From assembly GCF_004010195.1 (NCBI RefSeq), contig NC_057725.1, forward strand, positions 20,486,239 to 20,545,857: 59,619 nucleotides of DNA, given 5' to 3'. Shown one piece after another: positions 12,230-23,606 of this stretch (position 1 is its first letter; every line of letters starts with the position of its first letter). The stretch comes from Chiloscyllium plagiosum. Lineage: Eukaryota. The notes under the pieces were generated by a model, which was not told the DNA's origin, made no database searches, and was given only the letters and a program-made list of their open reading frames with translations. The translations under genes were made by a program, and so were the position numbers.

Positions 12230-13260
12230 ATAGAACATGGTCAGTCAATTTCTTTCCCCTCCCTCGCTGTAACGATTCCCATATTTACTGATAGATGTGA
12301 CTCTGGTGTATTTCCCTTCATGATTTCATGCAGAATTAAGCAGTACATATTCGGTAACTTCAACCTTATATCTCTCTCCACATACAACGTGCACACTCCA
12401 AGATTGAATGAACGAACAAACCTTTGATATGCTGCAATTCTAATATTATTTAGCAAAAGGCATTCCTGCAAACATCCAAGAACTCGGTTTGCTTTGGGTA
12501 TTAACTGTTAAATGTAGAATCCCCAATAAAGATTGTTTTTAAGGTATGGTTTTGTATCTACCTGAGAAAACTTGATGACAGAATGTAAGGCTATCTTTTA
12601 CGTGGTAATGCACATCACATAGCTTTATTTGGTATTGAATGCTATCACTCATTGGTCTTGCTATTTCTGCAATTCTAGAAGATCATCTTGCAGTGTATTG
12701 ATTGGGCTTTGAGTTTTGATCCTGATGTGTCATCTGTATGCAGTCATACCTTGTTTTTTTCACTTATTGGGAAGGTCTTTTATGCATATGGGTCTCAACA
12801 CGGTTCCCGGGTTCACTCTGGAGACAACATCTTCAGGAGAGGATGATTCCCCATCGTTAACCTCTGTTGGTAAGGAAGTCCAGCCATGACCACAGATTCC
12901 ATATGGAGATGTTTGACCAAGAGTTTCTCATGAGGGACTTCGTCAAAGGCTTTGAGAAAGCTTGTATTGCCATATGAGGGGTCTTGTACATTTAGACAGC
13001 TGAGATTAAGCCATAAACTCTATGAAAACTGAAAACCTGCTGACTACTGCACATTGTAAGCCTCAAAGTGCTGCAAAACATGAGTACAAACTATATATTC
13101 AAAGAATTTTCTCATGGCATTGAGTGAGAGGTAGGGATTTGTAGTTTTTTGGCTAACTTTTATCCACTTTTTTTTTGAATATGCAATAGATGTTATTGTC
13201 TCCATCGGTGGTAAGTAGCTGAAGTTGATTGACTATTGAAAAAGGATGGCCAATACCAGA
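12230..13260 (-). mobile_element. Old, heavily decayed LINE RT (CR1/Jockey group, distinct from the young CR1s)
   Basis: Minus strand FSKAFDEVPHEKLL, LQDDLLELQK..D...IAFN and AAYQRFVR remnants. Confidence 0.65.
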
Positions 13261-13269
13261 GCTAGTTCC

Positions 13270-14112
13270 TAGAACACAGAACAATACAGCGCAGAGCAGG
13301 CCCTTCGGACCTGGATGTTGCGCCAACCTGTGAACTAATCCTAACCCATCGTGCTACATATCCCATCATCATCCATATACTTATCCAAGGACTGTTGAAA
13401 TGCCCCTAATCTGGCTGAGTTAACTACATTGGTAGGCAGGACATTCCACACCCTTACCACAGTCTGAGTAAAGAACCTGCCTCTGACATCCGTCTTAAAT
13501 CTATCACCCCTCAATTTGCAGCTGTGCCCTCTCGTACAAGCAGATGTCATCATCCTTGGAAAAAGACTCTCACTGTCCACCCTATCTAATCCTCTGATCA
13601 TCTTGTATGTCTCTATTAAATCCCTTCGTAGCCTTCTTCTCTCCAATGAGAACAGACCCAAGTCCCTCAGCCTTTCCTCATAAGACCTTCCCTCCAGATC
13701 AGGCAACATCCTGGTAAATCTCCTCTGCACCTTTTCCAATGCTTCCACATTCTTCCCGAAATATGGCGACCAGAACTGCACACAATTCTCCAAGTGAGGC
13801 CGCACTAGCATTTTGTACAGATGCAGCTTGATATCACGGCTCCGGAACTCAATCCCTCTACCAATGAAACCTCACACACCGTATGCCTTCTTAACAGCAC
13901 TATCAATCTGGGTGGCAACTTTGAAGGATTTATGTACATGGACACCAAGATCCCTCTGCACATCCACACTACCAAGAACCTTTCCATTGACCCAGTATTC
14001 TGCCTTCCTGTTATTCTTACCAAAGTGAATTACCTCACGTTTATCTGCATTGAACTCCATTTGCCACCTTTCAGCCCAATTCTGCAGTTTACCCAAGTCT
14101 CCCTGCAACCTG
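13270..14112 (-). mobile_element. Young 5'-truncated CR1 LINE
   Basis: ORFs 13872-14108 (WAERWQMEFN, RDLGVHVH) and 13341-13811 (LVRPHLENCVQFWSP). Microsatellite-like 3' tail near 13270. Confidence 0.92.
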
Positions 14113-14119
14113 CAACATT

Positions 14120-14345
14120 ACATGTACCCTGATGACACTCAGTTCTATCTAAACACACATCTCTTACTTCCATCATTGCCTTTACTCTGTCAAGCTGCAT
14201 GCCCAACACTTTCGATTGGGTGAGCAGAAATTTCCACTAATCAGATACTGGGAAAGCCCAGCCATTTTCTTTGATCTCCAGTGAAAACTCTGTTCTTTAA
14301 TTCATCCACTAGGTCTGGCTCTATGACTACCATCTGACACTAAAC
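14120..14345 (+). mobile_element. L2 LINE fragment
   Basis: MYPDDTQFYL (decayed YADDTQLYL). Similar L2 pieces at about 14895-15200 and 43300-43850. Confidence 0.6.
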
Positions 14346-15730
14346 CAGATCACTCTCAAACTAGAAACAGCCTCTGCCGCAAAAGCTGCAGGGCACCAGC
14401 AAGGCAGGTAGTTCAAAGCTCCAAATGATGATTTACATCTGAGTGCCTCAACAACAGTTACACTCCCACTGTACAGAGGACTGTGTATCCTAACCGTTCC
14501 TGGAAGCCCACAATTATGAATATACACATTGTTGCCCATGATAGCACTAAACAATGTGAGTGAGAGAGCCCAGACTGGGCTGCATCTTCAAGGCTATAGG
14601 CAATCAGCTACATGAAGGAAACAGCTACTCGGGTAGCAATGATGCCTGGCTGTCTGGTTGTTACGAATGGAGAATCACACAGAGTGAGCGCTAAAGGTTG
14701 GAAGGGCACATTAGAATGGGATATTAATGGTGGAGGCGATCTTGTTGGTTCATTAAGCAGAAAGGGATGCTGGTGTGACAGAGAATGTGAAAGTTAGGTT
14801 GCATGAAAAGGTCAGTATAATTATGTTTAAAGACAATGCTGTGTATCTGTAACAGCAGTTAAAAAAGAGTCACAAAACATAACCCTCTTATAAACCTTGT
14901 CTGATTTTAATCGCTTCATCTGTCATGTCCATGCTTTCAGCTACCAGAGCCTCAAACTCTTGAAATTCTCTCTCAAACTTTTTCCACCTCCCCTTCCCGT
15001 TCCTCCTCCTTTAACATTTTCCTTTAAACTGTTATTTTGCCAAAGTGTTTTGTCAGTTGTCCTATTGTCCGCAAACTTTCAGGTTTTATTTGATAAAATG
15101 CGCCCAAAAGGCATTTAGGCAAATCTTACTGTTAAGGGCACAATGTAAGTGAAAAGGGTTGTTGTTGTCGCATTTATATAGCGCCTTTAACACAGTGAAA
15201 TGGCGGAAATTGGCTCCAAATATAAAAGAGGCGTGAATAATGTGTAAAAATGGTCTGGCCACACACAGAAAGCTATGTATAAATCTGGTGACTGCAACAT
15301 AACAGGGATATGCAGATACTGGAGCAGATCAGAAAAAGCAGCCAAGCTGAAACCTGAGGTATGTGTGCTGAAGGGGTTGATTTATTTACCATGGTCACAA
15401 CACACTCTCAGCGAATCTGAGAGTTTGACCTACCGTTTAGTGCAGTCACTGTGATATAGCTGTCGGTTTATTGGAATTGCAGATACTTCATGGGCTTGCT
15501 GAAACTGTGCAATTAGGATGGGGAGGAAGGGGAAATGTTTAGATCATTCAGAGAACGTTGTGAGCTCCTAGTTTCTGGTATTCACTGGGATTGATGCCTA
15601 CACTTCCTCATCTTTATGGCATACGATCAGTTGCCCTTACCGACACTCTGTCTTGTTACAGTTCCCCACCTGCATCAATACCAAAGGAAAGCTGATTATT
15701 CCCTGGGGAATGGGTCTGATCCGCACTTAC

Positions 15731-16060
15731 CCCTTCGCTCCCCTCGCTCTCTGCAGTCCTGTTTACCACAAAGTGGAACTGAAGTTGTAAACACGCGGCT
15801 GGGAACAGTTCCCAGGGACAGTTCCCACTGTCATTAGCTGAGAGACGAACCGACCCCCCGAAGTCATATTTATCCGGAACACGTTCCCCGTGAGAATTGA
15901 AACAGTCTCCGGTCAGTGGGCACACGTTGCACCTGTTTGGAATCGAACTCCTGTGGGATCTTTCCATTCAGGGGTATTGGAGATAACATTCCCAACCAGT
16001 AGGGGAACGCCCTCCTGTCTCGCTCAGCTCATTGGTTCAGTATATTAAGGGTGGGTTATT
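15731..16060 (-). promoter_or_regulatory. Candidate CpG-rich promoter and non-coding first exon of the SPSB3-like gene
   Basis: Local CpG enrichment in non-repeat sequence, a minus-strand CCAAT near 16031-16035, and a strong minus-strand donor GGG|gtaagt at 15731/15730. Confidence 0.5.
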
Positions 16061-16407
16061 TTCCGTTTGATTTGCTCCGAGTATTTCTGGCTGCTGGCAG
16101 GCAGAGTTTGTGCTAACTTTACTCCGCTGTTTCACAGGTCTGTCCAGGGTTTATCTTCTGCGTTTCTTCAAACCTGATCTGGATGGGCTGGCACATTCTA
16201 CACTGCAGTGTAGGAGGTTGCGAGATGACCTTCTAGAGGTTTATAAAACCACGGGGGTGGGGGGTGCATAGATTTGGTGAATGGTGGGTGTATTTTCTCT
16301 AGGATGGGGGATTTCAAGGCTAGGGAGTATTTTTTAAGTTGGGAGGAGAGAGGTTTTAAAAAGAAGTGAGAGGTATTTTTTTTACACTGAGGATGGTTCG
16401 CGAGTGA

Positions 16408-16760
16408 ATCATAGAATCCCCTCAGTGTGGAAACAGGCCCTTCGGCCCAACAAGACCACATCAGCCTTCCTAAGATTAACCCACCCAGACCCATTCCCCT
16501 ACCCTATATTTAACCCCTGTATTACATAATACATAATGCATCTAACCTACACATCCCTGAACACCATGGACAATTTAGCATAACCAATTCACATGACCTG
16601 CACATCTTTGGATTGTGGGAGGAAACCGGAGCACCCGGAGGAAACCCACACAGTCATGGGGAGAATGTGCAAACTCCACACGGACCTGATGTTGGAATCA
16701 AACCTGGGTCCCTAGCGCTGTGAGGTAGCAGTGCTAATCACTGAGCCACCATGCTGCCCC
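16408..16760 (-). mobile_element. HE1-like tRNA-derived V-SINE, inserted in a CR1 3' fragment (about 16190-16970)
   Basis: Minus strand head ggcagcatggtggctcagtgattagcactgct (A box), B-box-like ggtttgattcc, and core tgtggagtttgcacattctcccc. Confidence 0.85.
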
Positions 16761-17009
16761 CTCCCTGGAATGGAATCACTTCCTGAGTAGGTGGTGGATG
16801 TGGGCACATTTACAATGTTTGAAAGGCAGTTTGATAAGTAAGTGAAGAGGAAAGGTTTAGAGGGACATGGACCAGAAGCAGATAGGTAGGACTAGCTTAG
16901 TTTGGAATTCAGTTTGACATGGACTGGTTAGACTGAAGGACCTTTTTCCATGCTGTATGACTCTATAATCCCTGAATTCTGTTCGTGGGAAAGAATAATA
17001 CTCTACACC

Positions 17010-17320
17010 CGGCTCAGTGGCTAGCACTGCTGCCTCACAGCACCAGGGTCCCAGGTTCAATTCCAGCCTCGGGCGACTGTCTGTGTGGAGTTTGCTCATT
17101 CTCCCCGTGTCTGCGTGGGTTTCCTCTGGGTGCTCCAGTTTCTTCCCACAGTCCAAAGATGTGCAGATCAGGTGAATTGGCCATGCTAAATTGCCCATAG
17201 TGTTAAGTGCATTAGTCAGAGGGACATGGGTCTGGGTGAGCTACACTTCGGAGGGTCGGTGTGGACTGGTTGGGCCAAAGGGCCTGTTTCCACACTGTAG
17301 GTAATCTAATCTAATCTAAA
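17010..17320 (+). mobile_element. HE1-like V-SINE
   Basis: ggctcagtggctagcactgctgcctcacagc..ggttcaattcc..tgtggagtttgctcattctcccc, ending in an (aatct)n tail. Confidence 0.88.
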
Positions 17321-17541
17321 ATTCAATCTGCCTGAGTAGGGTTCAGTTGCAATTGAGATAGCCAAATGGGGTTAAATCTATACTGTCTGTCATGAAACAG
17401 TGAGGTCTCTGGACCAAGGTTTCTCAATTCAAATCAGATTGGATTGTATATAAGTTCCAAGGCTGACATGTTGAAGTCTTGTACAAAAACAGGAATTGCT
17501 GGTGAAATTCAACAGATTAGTAGACATTGTGGGAAGAAAAC

Positions 17542-17579
17542 AGTTAATGTTTCAAGTCCAGTAACTCTTCATCAGAACT
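17542..17579 (-). ncRNA. Decayed minimal hammerhead core in a Penelope-type repeat
   Basis: AGTT-CTGATGA-AGAGT-TACTGG-ACTT-GAAA-CATT-AACT. Stem I is AGTT/AACT; the ACGT palindrome has decayed to ACAT. Confidence 0.55.
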
Positions 17580-20500
17580 TAGTCTTGCACCAAGTTGCCA
17601 TCTTGTGGATGTGAGGTTAAACCAAGGACCCATTTGCAGTCTCCGACAGATGTAAACGATTACATGGAACTCAGGAGTTGTCTTGGTTTGATAGGGTTTT
17701 ATTGGGCCAAACCACATGATGTTCACCTTGACTAGGCTGGGCCATGTTGTGTGGGGCTAGGTTGGGTCAGGGAGGGCTGGCTTGGGATGAGCAGGGTAGC
17801 GTTGGTTCAAGCTGAGCCAACTAATCTGCTTGACCTGCTGTGCCTTTTCCAGCTCCACATTTTATTGACTCTGACTATCCAGCATCTGCAGACTTCACTA
17901 TCTCCACATGGGGCTGGATTGGTAAGGGCTGGGCTGCACAAAAATAGGTCTGCAGGGTTGGGATGGGTTGAGTCCTGCTGGGTCACATTGGACCGTTATC
18001 TCAACATTACAAAAAAATGTCTGCTTAGAAGATAAGAACAATTTACTTCAGTGCTTTAAAATGCAGATGAAAATTGAATATTGCAGATTGAAAGAAAAAT
18101 CAAAATGTATCCAAGAGCAATTGACGCCCAAAATCAGCTGTGCAGCAGCTCGATGGGTGGAATGGCCTACTCCATATATATCTTCCTTTAGGTTTGTCTT
18201 TCTAGAACTATTTGGGATTTTCAATTCAAGCAGCAAAGCGATCAGTTCTCAGCAAGAAAATTAAGGGGCACTTCCCTGATGTTGGAGTCCAGATTGCTGC
18301 TGAAGCTGGAGATGGGAGTGCTGAACCTGTGAGACCAGGACTTGGAGAGTGGCTGGAATTATCAACATGTCAAGTCCAGGAGGTTGTTGAGAGGCTATAG
18401 GAGTGAAATACCAAGAGGATAGAAATGTGCATATGCACTGTTACTACCCAGCATGAGAGTCAAAGATCTTCAAAGCTCACCATGATGATCAAAGACAATC
18501 TCTGAAGATCAAGAGTATGGAAAAAGTTCTGGAAACAGACAACTTGGGACATGGGATAAACCACTTCAAATACAGAAACATAAACAGAAATTTCTGGAGA
18601 AACTCAGTAGGTCTGGCAGCAGCTGTGGAGAGAAAACTGCATCAGTCTTTCAAGTTCAGTGACTCGTGCGCTCTGAAAGAGGGTCATGGAACTCAAAATA
18701 TTGACTCTGTTTTTTCTCCATTGGTGCTGCCAGACTGGCTGAATTTCTCCACCAATTTCTGTTTTTGTTTCAGATTTCCAGCATCTACAGTTCTTTGTTC
18801 GGTTTTACCCCAAATACAGGATGGTGCTGTAAAATCAAGGTCTGATTAATTAATAACCTCATAGTGACCATATCCCTAGAGAGCAATGATTGTAGTTTGA
18901 TTTAATTTTGCATTTATTTCCAGGGCATTGGATCTAAGACTAGTATTTAGACTTGAATAAGTTTAATTAATAATAACCCAACCTTAATATCATGTCTTTA
19001 TTATTTTTTTTCATGCTAACAGGTAATACAATTACCCTTTGTTTTACTCAAGAAAGCCTTGTGCTTGGCCCTCACTGCTACAGTAGAAATTAGTTAATTA
19101 TATTTTATTTGGGGAGAAGAACAGCATCCTGCTTAAAACAAAATTAGGTATTCATCGTGACTAAAAGTTGGAAAAAGGGAAGCTAGTCTTTCTCACCTGG
19201 CTGTAACAGTGACCATTACCCAGCAATTGTGTGATCTGAATTGTAATTTATCAGACCAATCTTGGATGGGTGTCCATGTTTTTCTGTATGTGGGCAAGGA
19301 CTGTTTCAGTCCCTGAAGAATTATAATTGAAGTTAAATGTTTTGGAATAATCAACAAATAGTCCTATGTCTGACCTTATGGTATCAGGAAAGTCATTGAT
19401 GAATAGCAAAAGATGTTTGAATCCATGATATGGGACTAGGGAACCTTTAGCGTGGTGCACCTGGTCTGAACCGATAGACCTGCTACCCTTTATCCCAGAT
19501 ATAGAATTTCCCTTTGATGCTTTGAGTCACTACACTTCTGCTACCTCAGCCAGTCCAATGTTACACTGCATAGTAGTTCCTATCCAAAGTCGGAAAGACT
19601 TTGGTCAATATTCCTATGTAGCAGCTTCTAGAAGTATTCAAGAGCAACCTCCAGTGATCGTCAGTTCATTTTTCATGTCTGTTTTAATCACGAATATTTG
19701 CATTTGCCTTTCTCTTCTGAGATAACAAAATTAAGTCTTAATGAAAGTTCCTAATTTCCAATAAATCCTAATCAAGATGATTTTTCCTAATTAATATGTC
19801 AAACTTTATGTTAATATTTAACAAATTGATTAAGGATTATTTACAAAACAGCTATATAATTGGTATTTGCTGCTGATTTGTCAGTCATATTACAAATAAT
19901 TACTCTTGCATACTGTAAGAACCAAGCAAATGATTTTAAATATTAGTTACTAGGAAAGTTAATGTGCAACTTTAATTTGGATACTGACAATTTGCTAACG
20001 TAATTTTCTTTTTAACAATTCATATCCATTATTTCTGCATCTAATGTCCTTATTGATGCAATATCCATCATATTCTACTTTGCTATTGTGCAACAATGAG
20101 AAAGTCATTTCAGCCGCAGTTTTTAATAATTCACGAAAGTTGGAACACAGACTTCATGCCCACATGTCTAATAGTAAATACAGGCAAATTCCATTATGGC
20201 TATCATAGAGTTTTAATAACATGCAGTTGCTTAAATTAGCAGTGTTGCTCAAAAGGGCACAAAGAAAAAGAGAACAGCAGCTCATATATGGTCAATGTCA
20301 GAGTGAGATAGAAAAAAAAGATTGAGGGATAGTTTTGAACAATCCTGGTTGGGGTGTCTTTTCAGTAAACAAAGGATAGAGTAGCTGGGGCATCCTATGT
20401 GAAGTATTTTATAATCCTTGCTACAGAAGGCAGGAAAATTAATAATCATTATAAACATAATTATCAAAATATTTCAGTAATGTGTATCTGCTGTATCGAT

Positions 20501-20784
20501 GTAATCTTTCCAAAGCACAATAAAGCAATAAAATGTTATATGTGTACATAAACGTCTCTAAATAATCAGTCATCACCAATTTGCTGAGCCATGGAGTTCC
20601 AAATGTCACCTGAGCCATTTTGGAAAGAGCCAAGTACAAACCTGTGCACTCCCAAATAAAAAATCTTGGAAACCGTATCTCATTGTAATCAGTGATCCCT
20701 GACTTTCATCTGGTGTATTCCACCTCCACAATGCCAGTGCCAAAAGGGAGTGAGACATCTAGAGGGATGGTCAGAAATTGAGGC

Positions 20785-20975
20785 ATGATCCCAACCCAAC
20801 ATACTTGTATTTCACTCCAGCTCAGACTTTGTCCTTCCAGGAACACCTGAAGAAGACCGCAGCACGTGTCAAAGCCAGAAATAAGTTATTAACCAAATGC
20901 TGATGGGCATTGCTGCCATTACACTCTGGACCTCAGCAGTTGCCCTAACCACGTTCTGCAGCAATATCTGCCAAA
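20785..20975 (+). mobile_element. Ingi/Vingi-like (I-group) LINE fragment, antisense and just downstream of the SLC26 stop codon
   Basis: Translates to PNPTYL..T..QTLSFQEHLKKTAARVKARNKLL ... TLWTSAVAL. Confidence 0.55.
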
Positions 20976-21188
20976 ATTCATCAGTTGACATCCTTGGATA
21001 TTCCTTGATGCTACATGCAAATAGCATTTGTCAGAAAAAGTGTTTTTTTGAGTCTATCCATTTGAATTTACCACTATGTAACGGGGAAAATGGAACCAAC
21101 AAACTATTGCAACAGAAATGCAATGTCAGATGTAGATCATTGTGTTAATAGTTTCTATGCTGGTTTGAAAGATTCAAACAAATTTTTG

Positions 21189-23606
21189 TTACAAAGCTGT
21201 CTCATATTCGATTATTCTTTGATTTCTTGATTTTACACCAGCCCTTTGATGGGAATTACTCACACCTCCTTCCACATGGCAAAGCCCTGTATTTGTGCTG
21301 ATGTTAGGATCTGCCTTAATTTCAATTGTGTCGCATTCAGTTAATGTTTCTCCATTTGTCTCAGGAATGTATTCAGATCCTTGTGGGCTCTGGTTTCTCT
21401 CTGCTGCTTGTTGCAGGGCATACAGAACAGCATCATGGATGCTGCGGAAAGCAAATCTTTGACTTGTTGATTTGAAGTAACCACGTTCTTGTAGACTCTT
21501 CAGAACTGTGCTTGAACAGCTGGCAATGATAAAGCTAACACCCATTCTTTGATATTGCTCAGACAGGTAAATCAAAGCACTCACTCCTTCATCATCCACA
21601 AAGCTTACTGACCCACAATCCAAAATTACAGTGTGAACATCTGCAGTTTGTTTGGATATTTTACGTCTGTACAATGCAGTATGATTTATTCGTCTCAAAG
21701 CATGTTCATCCAATTCAAGGAACTGTGTAGATTCCAGTAACATATGATATTTATCTTCTTCACTGTATAACTCATTATCACTTCCCAAATTACCAGACTG
21801 AAGATAAGAATTGACTTTAAGTTTTATCCAAGACAATAAAAAATCAATATTCCCATAATAAATAGAATCAAATGTTTTTATAATTTTAATTCCAACGATC
21901 TCTTTAGCAGTTTTCTCAACGGATAGGTCAGCATAGTTTTCTGTGTTGGGAATATGGCCGAAAATGGCATTGGATGGTCTCTGAAGCCTGTGTAGAGTGA
22001 GCAAAATTGAGAAAAGCACTCCAACTCCTAAACCGATATCTATATCTAGGATGCAAACTGCTGCAAATGTTATAATTCCAGCCCAAACCTCATATTTATT
22101 CTTTTTGCATGCAAAACAATACTTCCAGAAGAACTCGAGGTAACAGCCCAGATTTGAAATCAGAATAGCACCAAGAACTGCTTTGGGCACCAGTGGAAGC
22201 AGGTTTTCTGCACAAAGCAGAGCTGTAAGACAAAGGATTGCTGCAATCAGCCCAGCTGCTTGGGTTTGACCCCAAGTTTTTTCTTGAACCACTGTTTGTT
22301 CCCAAACCCCAGAAGCTGCAAAAGTCCCTAGAAATGAGAGTAGCAGGTCACAAGACCCCAAAACTATTGTCTCTTGGTGTGGGTGATAGGTTTCATTGTG
22401 TTTTTTGGAGTTTTCTCTCCCTAGAGAAATGCTCACTGCAAAGGTCACCAATGCAACAGTAACGGCATCTTTAACAACAACAGGTATTAAGGAGAAAGAA
22501 GGAAGGACAGGTTTTGGTAAGGTGAAAGGATAATCATTTATCAACCTGAGATTGTGGCTACTCTCTAGTTCCAACCAGAATGACAACCAAATGGAAGCAG
22601 CTATTGCAACAAATTCTATAGGTATGAGATGTCTGCTATAAAGAGAATTAATAACTTTAAAAGGCATCAGAAGTGCCAAAGTGGCTAAACCAGTGATTAC
22701 TGAGGCAGTGTGTGTTTCATGAATATTTTCAATTATAACCTTGCACTTATAAACAAGTGATAAAGAGCCATGATGAATTGGTGGATCAATACCAAGTATC
22801 AAAGTCAGGAGGATGGTGAATAAATGCAAAGCTGTTCCAGCTCTGAAACCATTCATAACATGCTCGGAAATGTATATTCTTATGAAACTGAGGTGAAATG
22901 CTCCCATTGAAATTAAAACAATTCCTGAAACAAAGGTGAGAGTAGTCACATGTAGTTCTCTCGAACATGTTGGAATACAGCCACTGTCAGAATCCACTTC
23001 ATGAGTTTCATTATGACTTATGCCATTTGCAATGAGCAGGCTGGTAAATGCAGATGCTCCATAGGACAGGTGTTTTGTCGTGCCAAGCAAGCAATATAAA
23101 ACTGTGCTAACTAAACTTGTGTAGAGACCATGAATAGGTGGTTGTCCACCGCAGACTGCAAAAGCAAGGGACAGAGGGATGGTCAGTAAACCCACACTAA
23201 TTCCAGACAGCAAGTCTCCTATGAACCATGCTTTCACTCTGTACCTGGAAAACCATCTGGAAAAGGGAATAACTCGTTGGAATAATTTCTTCAAATTGTA
23301 TGAAACTGGTAAGGTTAGTTCAGATGCCTTTCTTTCATATTCACACACCTTTTCTTCATTGTGCTTATCAATGCGGTGAAAATAAGGAATGTCATTCGTA
23401 AATGAAACCCTATGTGATGTTCTTGGGTTATAAATGGAAGTCCTGTCAGTTCTGACCAGAGGGATATTCGAACCTGATTGATCAGGAATTGTGTCACTGG
23501 ACCAAAATGATTCTGAACTTCCCAGCATGTTCTTCAGCTTAGTGCTCTTCCCATCCTTTCTTAACATTGTCTTCAACGATGCATTGATTAAATCTTTTTC
23601 ATCCAT
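21189..23606 (-). CDS. Divergent SLC26/SulP family transporter with STAS domain, single coding exon, 805 aa
   Basis: IPFSRWFSRYRVKAWFIGDLLSGISVG, PPIHGLYTS, GTTKHLSYG, IPIEF, HQETIVLG, VQEKTWGQTQ, LDIDIGLGVG; STAS motifs IYYGN, VILDCGSVSFVD and SIHDAV; C-terminus ETAL. Acceptor tcttcag| at 23623 and an in-frame TAG upstream of the ATG. Subfamily cannot be assigned by eye. Confidence 0.95.
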   Translation of the reverse strand: MDEKDLINASLKTMLRKDGKSTKLKNMLGSSESFWSSDTIPDQSGSNIPLVRTDRTSIYNPRTSHRVSFTNDIPYFHRIDKHNEEKVCEYERKASELTLPVSYNLKKLFQRVIPFSRWFSRYRVKAWFIGDLLSGISVGLLTIPLSLAFAVCGGQPPIHGLYTSLVSTVLYCLLGTTKHLSYGASAFTSLLIANGISHNETHEVDSDSGCIPTCSRELHVTTLTFVSGIVLISMGAFHLSFIRIYISEHVMNGFRAGTALHLFTILLTLILGIDPPIHHGSLSLVYKCKVIIENIHETHTASVITGLATLALLMPFKVINSLYSRHLIPIEFVAIAASIWLSFWLELESSHNLRLINDYPFTLPKPVLPSFSLIPVVVKDAVTVALVTFAVSISLGRENSKKHNETYHPHQETIVLGSCDLLLSFLGTFAASGVWEQTVVQEKTWGQTQAAGLIAAILCLTALLCAENLLPLVPKAVLGAILISNLGCYLEFFWKYCFACKKNKYEVWAGIITFAAVCILDIDIGLGVGVLFSILLTLHRLQRPSNAIFGHIPNTENYADLSVEKTAKEIVGIKIIKTFDSIYYGNIDFLLSWIKLKVNSYLQSGNLGSDNELYSEEDKYHMLLESTQFLELDEHALRRINHTALYRRKISKQTADVHTVILDCGSVSFVDDEGVSALIYLSEQYQRMGVSFIIASCSSTVLKSLQERGYFKSTSQRFAFRSIHDAVLYALQQAAERNQSPQGSEYIPETNGETLTECDTIEIKADPNISTNTGLCHVEGGVSNSHQRAGVKSRNQRIIEYETAL

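Noticed and set aside
16700-17070. tRNA genes
   Set aside because: The tRNA-like A/B boxes are heads of HE1-like SINEs; no full cloverleaf is present.
21189-23606. Assigning a specific symbol (SLC26A5, A8, A3, etc.)
   Set aside because: Too divergent to place without a phylogeny.
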